Both the position numbers and the translations under genes were made by a program. The notes beneath the pieces were generated by a model. The model worked only from the letters and a program-made list of their open reading frames with translations. It made no database searches and had not been told where the DNA came from. 64,000 bases of DNA from Actinomycetes bacterium (GTDB lineage Bacteria > Actinomycetota > Acidimicrobiia > Acidimicrobiales > JAMCPL01): NCBI GenBank assembly GCA_021841005.1, contig JAKBVZ010000015.1:16795-80794 (forward strand). The letters are read 5' to 3'. Within the stretch, counting starts at the first letter, position 1; every line of letters begins with the position of its first letter. Shown here one piece after another: positions 61,582 through 64,000 of the stretch.

Positions 61582-64000
61582 ATGGTGATAGGCTCGACAG
61601 GCATGGCTCAGAAAGCTCGAAACCAGAACCGGCAGGATAGGCAGGACCGAGATAGGCAGGACCGAGAGAACCAAGGCCGGGCGGCAAGGCGATCTTCGAC
61701 AACCAGGGCGTCCCAAGGCAACCAGAACCGGGATAATGCGAGCCCTTCCTCCGGTTCCTCCCGTTCTAGCCAGGAAAGCCAGGCTACCCAGTCGTCGTCG
61801 CACAGGAGTGGTACCAGGAAATCAGGACAGGCCCCACCGGCACGGAGGACACCAGAACGGGCATCGGCCAGAACGGGCACGGTCGGCAAGGGCGTATACA
61901 AGAGAACAGCCGGCAGGGAAGATAGGAGTTCTGGTCGCCCGCAGATCCGCCCGGTAGGTTATACGAACCTGCCGGAACCATTAGGCACCGTGACTTTGCG
62001 CGCACAAAGGATACTGCCTGCTTCAGTACCGTTGCCCATAGCGGGCCTGGTAATCCTGGTATGGGCACTTCTCGGGTTGTTCTGGGGCACAGGGGTGATC
62101 AGTTCGTGGGCATTTACCCTGTTCCTCGCAACCCTGGTACCTGCAATACTCGGGACTGGAGTAATCGCCGCCATGGTCTCCCGAGGCAAGGAGCCCCTGC
62201 GAGCCGCCCGGGCGTGGGTACTGCTGGCGCTCCTGCTGGTGGCTCCACTCGTGTTCGACCCTCACAGCACCCATGTGTTCAACCTACCCAAATACACCGT
62301 CATCGTCTGGGGAGCTCTCGTGCTTGGCGCACTGTGGATCGTCGAGACCGTAGCCAAGCACAGGGTGGTGCGATGGCGTAACGGCATGCACTGGCTGCTG
62401 ATCGCATCTACCGCATGGGTGCTCATCACGGCTATGGCCAGTGTCGATCCGAGCATGTCGGTCCTCGGAGCACCCGGATCATACGACGGGCTCTATTCGT
62501 CACTCGCCTTCATGGTGATCGCCTTCTCCGCCGCTGAAGCTTTCGACCCTGGCGATCTATTGAAAGTCATGGGCGTGCTCGGCTTCGCAGCCTGCAGCGT
62601 GGCTTCCATATACGGTCTCGTGCAGATACATGACCTCATCACCCACGGACCTCACTGGGATTTCGTACACTGGGCAAGGCTTCCGTTCCACAACGTCTTT
62701 TCCACCATGGGCAACCCCAACTTCCTATCCGGCCTCTATGTCATTGTCCTGCCTGCATGCGTACTAATCGTGTTGCGGACCACCAAGCAGTGGGTCAGGG
62801 CGGTTGGGGTCATTGCCTGCCTCATACTGCTCGCCGAGATACTTCAGAGTGCCACTAGGGGCGCATGGGTTGCAGCAATCGCCGCTCTCTTCATCCTGGC
62901 CATAGTGCTGTGGCCTGAAATAAGGCGCAAGCCCCTGCTGATTGCCGGAGGAACCGGCGCTGTGGTGATCGTCGTGGCCGCAGGGCTCGCTCTCGGAGGG
63001 GCCAAGTACATAGGGGCCAAGCTCACCGCCCTGTTCAACGCCGGCCCCGCCAGCTCGATACAGCAGAGGTTCGATCTATGGACAGCCGCCCTGCACATCG
63101 GAAGGCTGCATCCGTTGCTTGGTACTGGTCCTGATACCTTCGAGATCGTATATCCTCGTTACGAGAGTGCCCAGTGGGTACACTACCTGGGACAGATCTT
63201 CGTCGCCAATGGGGCCCATGACGTGTGGATGAACACGCTTGCGGACAAAGGTTGGGTAGGCGTTGCAATACTTGTTGCAATACTGGGATACGTGGGATTG
63301 CGAGCGCTCGGAACGCTCATCCGGTACCGCAAGGCTGAAAGGTCGATCTCGAGTACGGGTGAAGCCCGCTCTGATGCTGCGTGTGTGGGTAGTGCTGCCG
63401 GTGGCATGAGCGTGGGTACTGGTGGCAGCGGGAGTGCCAGCGCTGGTGGTGGTACCGGCGACGGGGACACTAGGGGTACCGGCAAATTGGGAAGTGACAT
63501 TGGTGGCGCCACTCAGGGCAGGTACGTGCTCGGCGTGCTGGCGGCCGGGCTGGTGGCGTACTGTGTGCAGGACATCTTCAACGTCCAGGAGGTCGCCCTT
63601 TCCATGGTATTCTGGATGATGCTCGGGCTTCTCTGCGTGGCTGCACGCGACGCAGGCGTACCCAGCACCTGGTCGGCCAGAAGGCTGCTCGGTATAGGAG
63701 CAGGTAGGCTAGATGCAGTTGCTGTCGGCAATGTTGGCAGCCTCACCTTTGGTAACGGCGATGACAACGATGCCCTGCGTAGTAATGGAGGTGGTTCCAG
63801 GGGCGGGGCAAGTGGCCATAGGGGAGGACTTCGTGCATGGATGAACGCAGAAGTCGGCGGCGGCGCCAGGAACCGCCGTGAAGGTGGAGCCAGGAACACT
63901 AGCAATAAGGGTACGCAGGCTCGCCAGGCTCAGTGGACTCGGCAAGGACACCGGAATCGCAACACAATCACCAATCCCCTTCCCGCCATGCTCACTGCAG
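61582..64000 (+). CDS. O-antigen-ligase-like (Wzy_C domain) polytopic membrane protein, partial (runs off the window)
   Basis: This ORF is not in the supplied track. I translated 61561-64000 codon by codon and found no stop after the TAG at 61558-60. It has a ~130-aa Arg/Gln/Ser-rich N-terminus and more than 10 TM helices. Wzy_C-like motifs are 'LQSATRGAWVA', 'GTGPDTFEIVY' and 'ANGAHDVWMNTLADKGWVG'. Confidence 0.8.
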   Translation, partial: MVIGSTGMAQKARNQNRQDRQDRDRQDRENQGRAARRSSTTRASQGNQNRDNASPSSGSSRSSQESQATQSSSHRSGTRKSGQAPPARRTPERASARTGTVGKGVYKRTAGREDRSSGRPQIRPVGYTNLPEPLGTVTLRAQRILPASVPLPIAGLVILVWALLGLFWGTGVISSWAFTLFLATLVPAILGTGVIAAMVSRGKEPLRAARAWVLLALLLVAPLVFDPHSTHVFNLPKYTVIVWGALVLGALWIVETVAKHRVVRWRNGMHWLLIASTAWVLITAMASVDPSMSVLGAPGSYDGLYSSLAFMVIAFSAAEAFDPGDLLKVMGVLGFAACSVASIYGLVQIHDLITHGPHWDFVHWARLPFHNVFSTMGNPNFLSGLYVIVLPACVLIVLRTTKQWVRAVGVIACLILLAEILQSATRGAWVAAIAALFILAIVLWPEIRRKPLLIAGGTGAVVIVVAAGLALGGAKYIGAKLTALFNAGPASSIQQRFDLWTAALHIGRLHPLLGTGPDTFEIVYPRYESAQWVHYLGQIFVANGAHDVWMNTLADKGWVGVAILVAILGYVGLRALGTLIRYRKAERSISSTGEARSDAACVGSAAGGMSVGTGGSGSASAGGGTGDGDTRGTGKLGSDIGGATQGRYVLGVLAAGLVAYCVQDIFNVQEVALSMVFWMMLGLLCVAARDAGVPSTWSARRLLGIGAGRLDAVAVGNVGSLTFGNGDDNDALRSNGGGSRGGASGHRGGLRAWMNAEVGGGARNRREGGARNTSNKGTQARQAQWTRQGHRNRNTITNPLPAMLTA

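Overview
The window is 64 kb of chromosomal DNA with moderately high GC. Gene content and order look actinobacterial. Supporting blocks are rho-rpmE-prfA-prmC, lexA divergent from a LysM gene, lysS-coaX-panD-panC-folK-folB-folP-folE-hpt, a MarP-type protease, DUF3040 and VKOR+DUF929. A deep-branching lineage such as Acidimicrobiia is possible, but that is inference only. Positions 1-46 kb are mostly housekeeping: phosphohexomutase, Rho with a large low-complexity insertion, L31, RF1, PrmC, an L,D-transpeptidase, GlnD, LexA, S1, a GT39 glycosyltransferase, a CsoR/VKOR thiol-copper neighbourhood, LysRS, and the NAD, pantothenate and folate genes. This part is interrupted by one rearrangement. 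Two inverted ~700-bp copies of the same degraded acyl-CoA dehydrogenase gene bracket tilS-folP-folE-hpt; tilS is displaced and inverted, and ftsH is absent. Positions 46-64 kb look accessory and are the best candidate for an undescribed system. This part holds a NarL-type two-component system plus a second paralogous response regulator, a NapH-like membrane polyferredoxin, and a ferredoxin/GltD-like/flavodoxin triple-fusion oxidoreductase 28 bp downstream of it. It also holds a 2143-aa secreted Ser/Thr-rich repeat protein, a decayed Uma2 endonuclease gene, and an O-antigen-ligase-like membrane protein. That last gene is an open-ended ORF missing from the supplied ORF track. At least six unrelated direct repeats with 71-74 bp offsets sit at gene boundaries. 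No rRNA, tRNA, CRISPR array, intact transposase or recognisable defence gene was found. All family assignments come from motif recognition by eye and no searches were run.
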